NCBI GenBank assembly: GCA_010909165.1
Contig: MU008172.1
Coordinates: 1-64,000, forward strand
Length of the DNA: 64,000 nt
DNA from: Anthoceros angustus
Lineage: Eukaryota > Plantae > Anthocerotophyta
Direction of reading: 5' to 3'
Below, one piece after another: positions 25,598 through 36,413 of this stretch. The translations under genes and the position numbers were made by a program. The notes beneath the pieces are model-generated. The model was not told the DNA's origin. It saw nothing but the letters and a program-made list of their open reading frames with translations, and ran no database searches. The first letter of the stretch is position 1, and each line of letters starts with the position of its first letter.

Positions 25598-26640
25598 TTC
25601 TTACAACGACATTTACAATGCGCTGGCACTATTTATAAATCGATAAATTTGTATAACATTTTACAATGTATTTGCAATGAACATGCCACATCAGCAATTT
25701 CACTAATATATAACCTCATAAATGACATAAATCAGGAAAAGGTCTCTTCCACATATTTACAACGGCATTTGCGATAAGCATGCCACATCAACAATCTTAC
25801 TAATATATAACCTCATAAATTACATAAATAAGGAAAAGGTCTCTTCCACAATTTTACAATGGCATTTGCGACAAACATGCCACATCAGCAAATAATATAT
25901 TTATTCATGGATATTGGCTGGCTTGTGCATTTTACAACCATAGTTACGACGCATGTGCCACGTCAGTAAATATACAATAAAAATGAATAATCCAATAATA
26001 TAACATAAATTGGAGAAACCATTTTACAACGATATTTGCAATGAGCTTGCCATGTCAGCAAATAATAAATTTATTTATAGATATTTATATAAAATAGTTT
26101 TCATTCGTTTTACAACCATAGTTACAATGCACGTGACACGTCAGTAAATACAAAAAAATAGATAATCCCATAACTAACATAAATCCAAATAAACATATTT
26201 ACAACATCATTTGCAACGAACTTGCCACATCAGAAAATAATAAATCTATTCATAAATATTCCCATAAATGGTATTATTTCAAAAAATCAAGTTTTGCACA
26301 ATTTACAACCACATCTACAATAAACATGGTTTATAACGTCTTTTACAAGTACCATTAACAACATCCTTTACAAACAACATGCCATATCATTATATATTCA
26401 TTAAAATATAGTTTTATTAATAAATATCCCCCCTAGTTTCCTAAATCAAAAAGAGTCTATGCACAATTAACGATGTCATGTACAATGAGCAAGCCATGTC
26501 AACAGACCCTTGTTGTAAAATCCGTGCCAACATGTCATGTCAACAAACCCCTGTTGTAAAATCCGTGCCACATCATATTAGTTAGGAACCCTTGTTGTAA
26601 ATGTTCGAAAAACTTACAACAAGGCTTTGAGTTGTAGTAA
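25598..26640. mobile_element. AT-rich non-autonomous DNA-transposon-like segment with subterminal repeats
   Basis: Recurrent tttacaa(c/t)...(ca/t)tgccacatcagca motif, a ~95-bp tandem pair (~25660-25852), inverted gttgtaaa copies and a ~41-bp tandem at ~26495-26572; gttgtagta at 26631 is one mismatch from a CACTA end. Confidence 0.4.
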
Positions 26641-28575
26641 GAGTGTCATCGTTTCCTCTAACTAAACTTATACCTATGTGTAAAAGGTAGCCCCTCCTTG
26701 CAGTGGAGCCAGTGGAGGTCGCAAGACGTACTTGGGCAGCCCAAGTAGTCTTGTCGAAGTCCTTATGCATGTGCCCAATGTGGGTTTTCACCCCCTTAAT
26801 ACCGCAATAAAGTACAGCATAGACTGGACAGGAAGTGTCCTTGACGGTCATAGAAGGTGTGGACCACCCCATCGCAGAGAGAAGTTTTCACAGAGAGAAG
26901 AAATAACAGAGAGAGAACAAACTGCGGATACTAGCCTAGGGTTGATAGGGCCGAGGAAGCACCGGGGCCCAGGGAGAAAGAGTCCCGACCCTTACTAGAC
27001 ATACAAATTTTTAGCTCCGTATGGCAAACCCCAAGAGACCGGCCAAAAGGCCTCGCCTAGAAGGGATGCAGCCCACCACACCATTGGCAGCCTACCAGAG
27101 CAATATCCACACCTGCCAACTTCTTGTCCGCTGATTGTACATATACAAGTACAAATCTCCAACGCTCCACCTAGGAATTTTAAATAGCATTCTGCTGCCT
27201 ACAGGCGCATCGAGCCGAGCCGTTGTACCATCGCCATTGCTCTTTGTTTCAAATGCTCACCACGGTGAAGAATGCTTGCTTGATTGCCACAAGAACAAAC
27301 ACAATGACAGTCAGAAACACAAGATGCTCACTCATGGTGAGGGATGTGATACTGAAGAATGTGTGCGCTTCCAAGAAGCACTCAATACTTAAGCTAGCTG
27401 GCATCGCTTCTCCCGACATCCCCTGACATCACTGAGCTCTTGTTACTTCCAGCAACACAGCCCTGCCCGGTCACGTTGGCAAGCAGATTCCTGTCCACGA
27501 TTCCTTCCACATCAAGTCCTCTTCTCACAGCTCTTGAAACAAGCTTGCGGCTTGTGTCCCAAACCCGTGACACTTCGAGATCACGAATTGGGAAATTCAA
27601 ACCTACTAACAGCCGCAGATCCACCTTCAACGGATTCTCCCATATAACACTACACAACCTCCTCCATCCCCCACCATAGAAGCCACCAAATCCTGCTATA
27701 TATCATAGCAATGGGAATGGAGAAGCGTGGCAGTCATAGGATATTGGTACCTAGGTATAGGTAAACGATATTTCAAAAGTCACCTCTCAATGTACAACTC
27801 TTCTTCATATGAGTGATAGTAGGTGCCAAATAATAAATGATCATTATGAGGTACACATATTGCCTCATATACGTAGGACAAGCTCTCATGATGTACTCCC
27901 CGCATGTGTGTTGAGAGAAATTGCCTCCCAACACAACATAAGATCATCCAAAGTTAAGCTGAGAATATAAGATACGACATAGAAGTTGTGTATCTATTCG
28001 CGTTGAAGAGTAACAAGTAAACTATCAAACTATCAAACAGGTCATTCCTTCTCTCTCACACAATAAAGAGCAAAGAATTAAAGAAAAATTTAAAGAGACT
28101 GGAAAAGCTAGGTCTTCAATAATAGCCAATGCAAGAAGAAGACAATAACGCCAGTATGTACCGAGACAAGTTATGAAAACTTCCCCGGGGAGAACTAACT
28201 GAAGCCGTGGTGTTTGGTTCGGTTACATGGATGGACAAAAATTCAAAATGGCAGAGCCCATGTGGGGCATGGGGGTTGCGGGGAGACATGAGATGTGATG
28301 ATGGCATGGACATGTGAGGTTTAGAGAGAGAGTGCAGGAAAAGAAACGCGCTAGGGCAAAGGCGAGGAGAGAGGTGGAGGAGACGGGCGAAGCAGGTAAG
28401 CAGAGCAAGCAATCAAGAGGAGGAAGGCAGCGAGAGGCTTGGCAGGCCTGCGAATCTCGGGGCATTGCGAAGTGCAGAGTCTTTCAGGGGCGGGGCAGGA
28501 TCTGAAGGGCAGCAAGAGCAGCAGCGGCGGCGGCAAGAGCGGGAGGCGCTGACGGCAATCGGGGAGAGCCTGGCT

Positions 28576-28602
28576 GGGCCGGGGCCAGGGCCAGGGCCGG
28601 GG
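28576..28602 (+). promoter_or_regulatory. Potential G-quadruplex (five G-tracts) just upstream of ANP32 ATG
   Basis: gggccggggccagggccagggccgggg. Confidence 0.45.
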
Positions 28603-28632
28603 CCGAGGCCGAGGCCAGGCGCCGGGAGGGAC

Positions 28633-29976
28633 ATGGACGAGGCCTGGGAGCGCGCCGTGGAGGCGGCGCGCGGCAGCGAAGACGCCGCCTGCACGAGGTC
28701 GCTCACTCTGGACGGGGCCGTGAAGTGCGTGCAGGGTAGGCTGCCGCCGCCGGGGCTTCTTGAGGCCTTCTCGCAGCTGCGCCACCTCTCCATAGCCAAC
28801 GTGGGGTTGTCTACTCTGGCGGACTTCCCGGTGCTGCCCAACCTGCAGCAGCTTATTCTGAGCGACAACCGCATCAGCGGCGGGCTGGAGCATCTGGTGT
28901 CCGCGGGACTCAAGTCGCTGGCCGACCTGGACCTGTCCAACAACAAAATTCAGCTGCTGGAGGACCTGGCGCCGCTGGCCAGCCTCAACCTCAGAAGCCT
29001 GGACCTGTACGAGTGTCCCGTGACACGGGTGCCCGACTACCGGGCGCGGGTGTTCGGCATGATGAAGTCGCTGCAGTATCTGGACAAGGCGGACTCGGAC
29101 AACAACGAGCGGCCGGAGTCCTCCGACGAGGAGGAGGAGGAGCACGAAGAGGAGGAGGAGGAGGGGTCCGAGGAGGAGGACGTGGACGACGTTAACGGGG
29201 ACGCTGTCGAGGAGGAGGGCACCAACGGGGCCAAGGGCCGGGGGGCTGCGGAGGACGAGGACGACGACGGGGAGGATGAGGAGGAGAGGGACGGGGAGGA
29301 GGAGGAGGAGATAGACGAGGAGGAGGAGGAGGAGGAGGGCGGGAGCTACCAAGAAGCGGTGCCCCATGCAGGGGCGGCCAGGGGGGGAGGAGGAGGAGGC
29401 GGCGGCGCTGGGCATGGTTCCGACGAGGAGGATGAAGAGGACGTGGAGGACGAGGACGGAGACGGGGACGCGGAGGAGGAGGACGTGGAGGAAAACGTGG
29501 AGGTGCAAGAACTGGAGGATAGCGAGGAGGAGGTAGCGGACGAGGAAGAGGAGGAGGATGAGGGCACGGAGCAGGCGAGCGGGGCTGTGGCCAGCGCAGA
29601 AGGGGAGATAGAGGTGCAAGATGAGGACGAGGAGGATGAGAACGGTGAGCTAGGAGAGGACGAGGAGGAGGAGGCGGACGACGTGGTGGAGAACGAGGGA
29701 GAGGGGGAGGAGGTGGAGGAGGAGGACGAAGAGGAGGAGGAGGAAGAGGACGAGTACAGGACGGAGTACCTGGTGCAGCCGATTGCGCAGGCGGAGGATG
29801 AGGATGGAGCCAGTGATTTTGAACCGGGGGAGGACGAGGAGGAGGACGACGATGACTTGGAGGAGGAAGGGGAGGAGGATGAGGAGGAGGATCTGAAGGA
29901 GTCTCCTGCCGTGAAGAGGAAAAGAAGCAGGGATGGGAAGGACGACGTGACGGATCAACGGCCGCCAAAGCACTGA
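28633..29976 (+). CDS. ANP32: Acidic leucine-rich nuclear phosphoprotein 32-related protein (LRR + long D/E tail + C-terminal KRKR NLS), single exon
   Basis: MDEAWERAVEAA...LTLDGAVKCVQGRLPPP...LILSDNRI...LDLSNNKIQ...LDLYECPVTRVPDYRARVFG, characteristic of plant ANP32-like proteins. Confidence 0.95.
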   Translation: MDEAWERAVEAARGSEDAACTRSLTLDGAVKCVQGRLPPPGLLEAFSQLRHLSIANVGLSTLADFPVLPNLQQLILSDNRISGGLEHLVSAGLKSLADLDLSNNKIQLLEDLAPLASLNLRSLDLYECPVTRVPDYRARVFGMMKSLQYLDKADSDNNERPESSDEEEEEHEEEEEEGSEEEDVDDVNGDAVEEEGTNGAKGRGAAEDEDDDGEDEEERDGEEEEEIDEEEEEEEGGSYQEAVPHAGAARGGGGGGGGAGHGSDEEDEEDVEDEDGDGDAEEEDVEENVEVQELEDSEEEVADEEEEEDEGTEQASGAVASAEGEIEVQDEDEEDENGELGEDEEEEADDVVENEGEGEEVEEEDEEEEEEEDEYRTEYLVQPIAQAEDEDGASDFEPGEDEEEDDDDLEEEGEEDEEEDLKESPAVKRKRSRDGKDDVTDQRPPKH

Positions 29977-31899
29977 CTCTGTTGTTGAGAGGGCAGCCCC
30001 GGCATCCGACTGCTCCAGAACTGTGTTTCTGTTGGTGCAGAACGTCTTGTCTTATGTGATGAATGCTGCGCTGTGCCATAGATCTCCCGCTAGGAAGAAA
30101 GTGGTCCATAACCATGCTTGTCTTGATCGTTTCTCATGTTGTGCCCAGAGTTTATCCTCATGTGGCGCTTGACTGTTTGCCCTGCTCCGGGCCTGTCTAC
30201 AATAGATTGTCTTGGATTGTACTCTATTCTAATCCGATGTGCAATATGCAGATTGGTTGTTGCTCCCTCTCCTGGATGGCTGTTTCAAAGCCCTTATGTG
30301 AGTCAAATGCACTATGTATGTACCTTGTTTTGTAGGCCGTTGTTTGTAGCACTTACCAACCGCAGCATAAGCACACGAGAAGCACAATCCGTCAAAGGGA
30401 TCCATCGTTTTCCTGTCTTGAGTGTGTCTCAAAGTCTGTCACCACCAAGCGTCCGTCACCTGTAGGTCCGGTGCAGCTTTACTATCTGGCTGAGATACGC
30501 ATGAGTTGCCTTCCTGTGCCTGCTTTGGTGCACCTTTGTGGACTAGCAGCTCGCACCACCCTGACAAGAGATTGAGGAGCTCACCAGAATGCCTCTGCTT
30601 TGCAGGTAACACCAGCTTTTCCACTTACCATGACTGGCTTTGTGCACCTTTACGGCATGACATTTTCGTGAATGCTTCGTGCTGACAATACTGTGGGATG
30701 CTGGGGGAGCTCAGGATGTGCAACTGAGCAGAATCTTCACATTTTCCATAAGTCCCAGTTGCTTTGTCACCTGGTACTGCTAACAACACCACACCCACAA
30801 GCATTGTTACTTTGAGTGTTTGCTGTTGCTTCTTTGAGCAACGTGGGAGGCTTGCATGTTTGCGTTTGCTCATTGTTGGTTCCATCTGTGATATATCGAT
30901 GGACTCTTAAACTGTGCGGCTGTTAATGCAGGCTGCCAAGGCCACTGACTGCTTCAAGACAAGCACGCTGGTTCCTTGTTGGCGCTCATGAAGAGCCTGC
31001 TTTGGTTGCAGAATGTGGACTTGTGCTTTTGTCGCGAGCTATTATATTTGTTGGTTACTTGTTCTCGACTGTGCCACATACTGCAGGGGCAAGTTACCTG
31101 TGTTCCCTGGAACCGTCGGCGCCAAGTTTAACGGTTAAGTGTTTTGTGACCGAGTTGCTAGAGGATGGCAATAGTCATAGTTAACTACTGTTTCAACTTG
31201 CTTTCCCTGACTGCACACAAGTACGTTCTTGTCATCTGGGTTTTCTCCTCTTTCGGTAGATCCCATGTCTTTGGACATACTTTATGCCTTGCTTGTGGAT
31301 GATAGTTGTCTCCTAGATGAGGATTGTATCATGAAAAAACGTGTTTTTGATCTTGTGAGAATTTGGAAGTGGGAAGTGTTCATTTGAATTTGAACCTTCT
31401 TTCCTGGTTACTGGCCCCCTTTGAGCTCTGCTGATTGGCCCCCTTCTCTCTTGGTAGACCAGCCTCCTGCGTCCGTCAAATCCTACGGAGCCCTTCGTGC
31501 TTCGATGTACACCGGTGAAAGGCAAGCGGGCCAGAAGAGGTTCTGAATTTCGTGGAAGATGGCCTGGTTTTGTGTCACTCAGCAGTTTCCCAATCTGCTT
31601 TCTCGCTTGGTTTGCTGTTTCCGTGAAGCAACCTGGTCTGGTCCCCTGGATGATTGACGAGGTACTTACACTCCAAGTGGTGAACATGAGAGGAACGTTC
31701 TCATGCTTGTTCGACAGAGACTGTGCATGCGTTTCTTCTCCTAGGTAGGCAAGGTGGCTGGTGGTAGTTGGTGTGAGAGTGATAGCGCTGGTTGTTTTGT
31801 GTTCATCAACGGTTTGTACAAACGGAGAATTAGGACGATGATGAAAACTTCCGGGGCTGCTGTGAGGGAGACCGTTGTTGTGCCGATCAAACCCCTGGA

Positions 31900-33060
31900 G
31901 GGGCAGGAGCGGCAAAAACAGCGTCCTTCAAAGTGATTCAACCCCAGGAGAAAATATCCATTCTCGCACTGCGCTGCTCGAGGCTGCTACGCATCCTGAG
32001 TTGCCTTCCAGCTTCGCGCACGGTGCGTAGATGTTCGCAAGCTCGTGTTCGACAGGTGATTTCAGAGATGACCACCGGGACTCCGAGTGCCTCCCTTTGC
32101 CTGTCACAATTCTAATCAGCTCAGGGGTTCCCTCTCCCCATAGCCAAGCCACATGTATTTCAGTCAGCCAAGTGAATAGCGTCGTCATGGCAGCGCCCAG
32201 TGAGTGCTTATGCAAGTCTAAGCACCACCCCGGGTCCGAGTAGCTTGTCCGTATGTACCTGATGCTCCTTGGACAAAGCTAGGATTGTGAATGTCCTTCT
32301 CCTCAAGCCAAAAGTCCAGAAGAAGTCCGTCAACGAATAGAATGACAGCTTGGATTTGTGGGAGTGCTCGTGAACTTGGACAGACGACTTGATCGCAGTC
32401 TTCAGGAATACGGTGTCATCTGGAGAGCGCAGCAGCAGGCTTACACAGGGAAACCTCGATATCGTTTTGGGAACATCGAAGAGCAGAAAGGAGGACCATG
32501 ACATGTTCCAAACAAGTAGTGCGCTTGCTGCAGGCAGAAAGGATAGCAGCGTAAGTGATCAGATTTGGCTTATACCCTGCTTGCCTCATGGTCTCGAAAG
32601 TCTTGGCTGCCTCCTTGTGCTTGCCAGTTTTCCCGTACGCGTCAATGAGAGCACTGAAAATCAAAACATTTCCCCTGTGTCCAGCTCCTTGCATTGTTTT
32701 GAAGACATTTTTTGCCTCCTCAGGCAGCCCGTTCTTCCCATAAGCGTCAATGAGGGAGAGATACGTCACATGGTTTGGCTGAATGCCAGCGTCCTGCATA
32801 GTCAGGAAGAGACCCTGCCTTATTGTAGAGTCCCTCCTTCGCATAGGCATCAATCATGGTGCACTGTGAGGCCAGAGACGCCCAGCAGCGCACGCCCAGT
32901 GAGTACATTTTTGTGGAAGCCGCAAAGCAGAATGTCACGCTGCTATTGCCGACTTTGCATCTTCGTCCGTCGCAGACAAGCCGGATGGCCAAAGGATGTA
33001 TTTCCCACCAACTGGATCGTACGAAGCAGGATATTTTAGATTGACTGAGTCCTAAAAGCA
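31900..33060 (-). pseudogene. P-class PPR-SMR gene remnant (GUN1-like architecture), several frameshifts
   Basis: P repeats (PNHVTYLSLIDAYGKNG, NVLIFSALIDAYGKTG, PNLITYAAILSACS), linker SFYSLTDFFWTFG, SMR domain HKHSLGAAMTTLFTWL...IRIVTGKGRHS...GNSGC, spread over three frames. Confidence 0.85.
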
Positions 33061-33224
33061 CGGGAGCAACTTTCGTGTCTTATCCGCTCTCGGTTCTGAG
33101 CTGGGTATTTAGCTTCCTTCAGCTTCCTTGTCCTGAAGAAAGAGCTCCTTGGCCGGATCCTCATGAAAGTCGGCCACTCCATCGAACTCTCCGGAAGCTG
33201 GCCGCAGAGTTCGATCGCCCTCTT

Positions 33225-33610
33225 GCCATTACGGCGTGGTGTCTCTTGATGGAGGTGAAAATGTGAGAAATACAAGAAGTCGGAAAGAAATTCCTACTTT
33301 GGCTTTTGCTGAACCACAAAGAAGGAGAATGAGCACCGCAGAAGCACATAATGGGTTAGGAGAAATTTACTTTTCACATCGCTCGTCGCTTCCAGGTCAT
33401 GCCAGACCCTCACTTTACTCAACGCTGCTAAGGTGGATGGATGGAGCCGGTCCCCCATCAATTGTTCCTCGAACAATTGTCGGCCAAACAGCTGCTCTTC
33501 TTGGGGCCATGTCTGGTGTGAGCTTGTTGGACCCTCTCCAGTTGTGGAACAGGAAATGAAGACGGACCGCGGCAATTGACATCAGTGAGATAAGCAAAGC
33601 GAATTGACCT
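33225..33610 (-). pseudogene. Copy 1 of an unidentified ~100-aa coding segment (8-nt deletion and a stop)
   Basis: Homologous to 35920-36350; KLTPDMAP.RAAVWPTIV...HDLEATSD...LTH...LR.SF.FF.VQ. Confidence 0.55.
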
Positions 33611-34729
33611 TTTTCGACCTGAAGCCCTATGAGCTGTTTCATCCTCTTTCCCTGGAAAAATGTCTATCCTGGAGACAACAATGGTCTTGGCGGCCACTTA
33701 AATGTTCTAACATGGTTGGGGCACAACTCTCTTTCTCTTCGCAGTACACAAACTGGAATGTTATGGACAGCTGAGACATAAGGTAGAAGACTGCACCTTC
33801 ACCTCCCAAAAATTCAACTTTCAGCCTAATGTTTTTTGACCCGTGCCGTCCAGCTCCACCCTAACACCTGCTGCTCTCAACCTCAGCTGCCGGCAGCAAA
33901 ACTACACCTCTCCCTTCAGCTTTCTCCTACGCCTTTCTGTCTTCTGCCATGGCCAGCTGCGATAGTTACGGCTCCAGCAACCACTGCAGGCACTACAGCA
34001 GCAGCAGCACCGGGGTGCACACCACTTATCCCAAACGGCATGGTCGGGCAGGCCACCTGCAGGAAGTTGCTCAAGGAAGTTTCAGGCTTGCAGGCCGGCC
34101 CGTGAAAAAAGCGCAAAAGCGCAATAGTAAGCTACCTGTGCAGGCGCTGTACATCAACAGCCATTTTGGTATACAACTCGAAGCCAACTTCAGGTTGTAC
34201 AGCTCACGATTCCTCACCTCCTTACCGCATGTTCCCCTCGACAGAACCGTACTGAGCAACTTACTATCCCCACTAAAAATCAAAACATTCTTTTAATGTT
34301 CCTGCTTATTGTTTGAGGCAGAGTATTCCAGAAGCAGTATGATCTAAGTATGGTTTGGCCAGTGGAGCAGCAATGGCAACTTCAGTATGTCTCCTTGTGT
34401 GGAGGTGTTCTCCCCAGTTTCCTATCCCATCAGCAAGGTATACTGGGTTCAAATGTATTCATCTCAAAGTTTCTGTTCAAGTATTGGTTGTCATTCCTCC
34501 TTTCTCTGTCCCATAGCACAATCTAAGGTTTTTCGCTGAAATAAGTTGGTGTCCTCGCAGATTCTTCATTCAATTCTCGGTGAAGGTCATGTTGCACTCT
34601 TTCACAGGGCTGAGCTCAAAACTCACCTCTCTGAACATAAGAGTGAGAGTGACAGATATCAACATACATAGCTCCCTAAGCATTCACCAAAAATCCAGAA
34701 ATATCGGAAGTGCCTGCAAGAGCGGTCAA

Positions 34730-35290
34730 CGTTAGTCACCATGCAACCTGGAAATCATCTCCTGAAAAATGTGCAACCTTCTACCTCCAATGCTAGAGAA
34801 TTGCTGATCAGAAGTGTACAAAGCAGCAGCTGTTGATTCTCCCTGGCGGAGAGTGCAGACATGATGGAACCCCATGTCATAACATCTGATTCGCCTACCC
34901 TGCTGAACGTCCTCCTTTAGCCCACCTCCACATGCATACCCAGATATGGTTCCCCAGGTATGCATTCGACTCGTACCCAAATTTGACACTTAAATCATGA
35001 ACTCGTCGCCCCACAACCAAATCCTTCTTCGCAGTACACAGTTTCAGCAGAGTGCAAAACAGGGACAAAGCTATTAATATAATAGCAGCGTCTGTCTGCG
35101 CCAGAGATTCCAGGGCTCCTGCGGCCTCAGAAAACTTCCCCTGCTGACAAAACGAGCTCGCAGTTAGAGCCGTTACGACGCCCATATGCGACCTTGCAAG
35201 CCTGCCAGTTTCAGGCTTATCCAGGGAGCTGGCTTTGGACATCACCATGGCCCATCTTAATATCCAAGGAAACGAGCTGCCCATCCACCC
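34730..35290 (-). pseudogene. Degenerate 5' part of a PLS-class PPR gene
   Basis: FSEAAGALESL...LFCTLLKLCTAKKDLVVGRRVHDLSVKFGYESNAYLGNHI parallels the N-terminus of the intact PPR at 43202-45517; then frameshifts. Confidence 0.8.
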
Positions 35291-35919
35291 AAGCAGGCTT
35301 AAACATGCTGTTTAACCAAACAACTTAGGCCGAAATCCAGGCGAACGAAAGCTCTCCTTACCTCGCCTGTTATCCCACCAAAAAAATGTCGCGAAAAGCC
35401 TCGCCTTCGGCTTTCGAACGGGGGCAAGAGATTGTGCGTCGGGGCAGCCGGCATCGAGCTCCTGAGCTTCCTTCCAGCGCCCTTCTTTCCGGCTCCCACT
35501 GCCCTGCCTCCACTGCCCTGCCCTGCCACCACATGGTACGGTCCGGGCAAAATTGTTGCCACAAGTGCTCCTGCTGCTGGCGAGGACCATCGTTAGGAAA
35601 CCCGTCCTGACCCACAGTTTCTCGAAAGTGGAAGTGCTTCGCTCCTTACACTGCCGCACCTGGAGGCTTCGTTGTTTGCCAATTGACCGCACGTCTACGG
35701 AATACCGTTTGCACATCCTTGACAAAAACGATAGTTTTAAGCCTTTATCGAACCAGCGCCTCCAGAAGCAGACAAGCGAAACCCAATGCCAGGTTCCCGA
35801 TGGCAGGCAACGATCGTAGCTGCCTTTGTGTTGCAGCGTGACAAGACGACACAAGACGGTGAAAGGGGTCTGTACCGACTACCGGGCTGATGCAGCCGCT
35901 CTTGCCGCAACGGCACCCT

Positions 35920-36350
35920 CTTGCCACCACCGCGAGGTGTCTCCTGGTATCATCTAGCGATTACAGCAAGATGTGATGGTGAAATTTGGAGAAATCCAAG
36001 AAGTTGGAAAAGAATTCCTGCCTTTGGTATGGCTGAACCAAAAAGAATAAGAATGACCACCGAAGAAATGCGGAATGTGTTAGGAAGACACTAGTATCTG
36101 CATCACTGGTGGCTTCAAGATCATGCAAGATGTCCTTCACTTTGCTTAATCCTGCTAAGGGAACTGGGTGGATGGATGAAGCCGGTCGACCATCAAGTGT
36201 TGTTGGAACAATTGTCGGCCAAACAGCTGCTCTTCCCGGGGCCATGTCTGGTGTGAGCTTCTTCGACCCTCTCCCCTTTGTGGAATAGGGCATGAAGACG
36301 GACCCTATTGTCATCAGTGAGACAAGCAAAGGTGTTGAGTTGAACGTTTC
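35920..36350 (-). pseudogene. Copy 2 of the unidentified coding segment (ORF 35961-36329)
   Basis: Open frame KLTPDMAPGRAAVWPTIVPTTLDGRPASSIHPVPLAGLSKVKDILHDLEATSDADTSVFLTHSAFLRWSFLFFLVQ; many synonymous differences versus copy 1. Confidence 0.55.
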
Positions 36351-36413
36351 CTGGACTTGCAGCCATTTCTACCTGAAGTTCGCTCAGGCTCGAGGCAGCG
36401 AGGCAGAGCAAGC

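Noticed and set aside
25598-26600. Repeat-spacer pattern resembling a CRISPR array
   Set aside because: Repeats are degenerate and spacing irregular, spacers resemble each other, no cas genes, eukaryotic context
26582-26872. CPVYAVLYCG...HIGHMH as a C2H2 zinc finger or LINE remnant
   Set aside because: Cys/His spacing is not canonical and no supporting RT or endonuclease motifs were recognised
28351-29973. Long minus-strand ORFs (422 aa, 307 aa and others) over ANP32
   Set aside because: Shadow frames of a GC-rich, GAG/GAC-repetitive coding sequence; no recognisable domain
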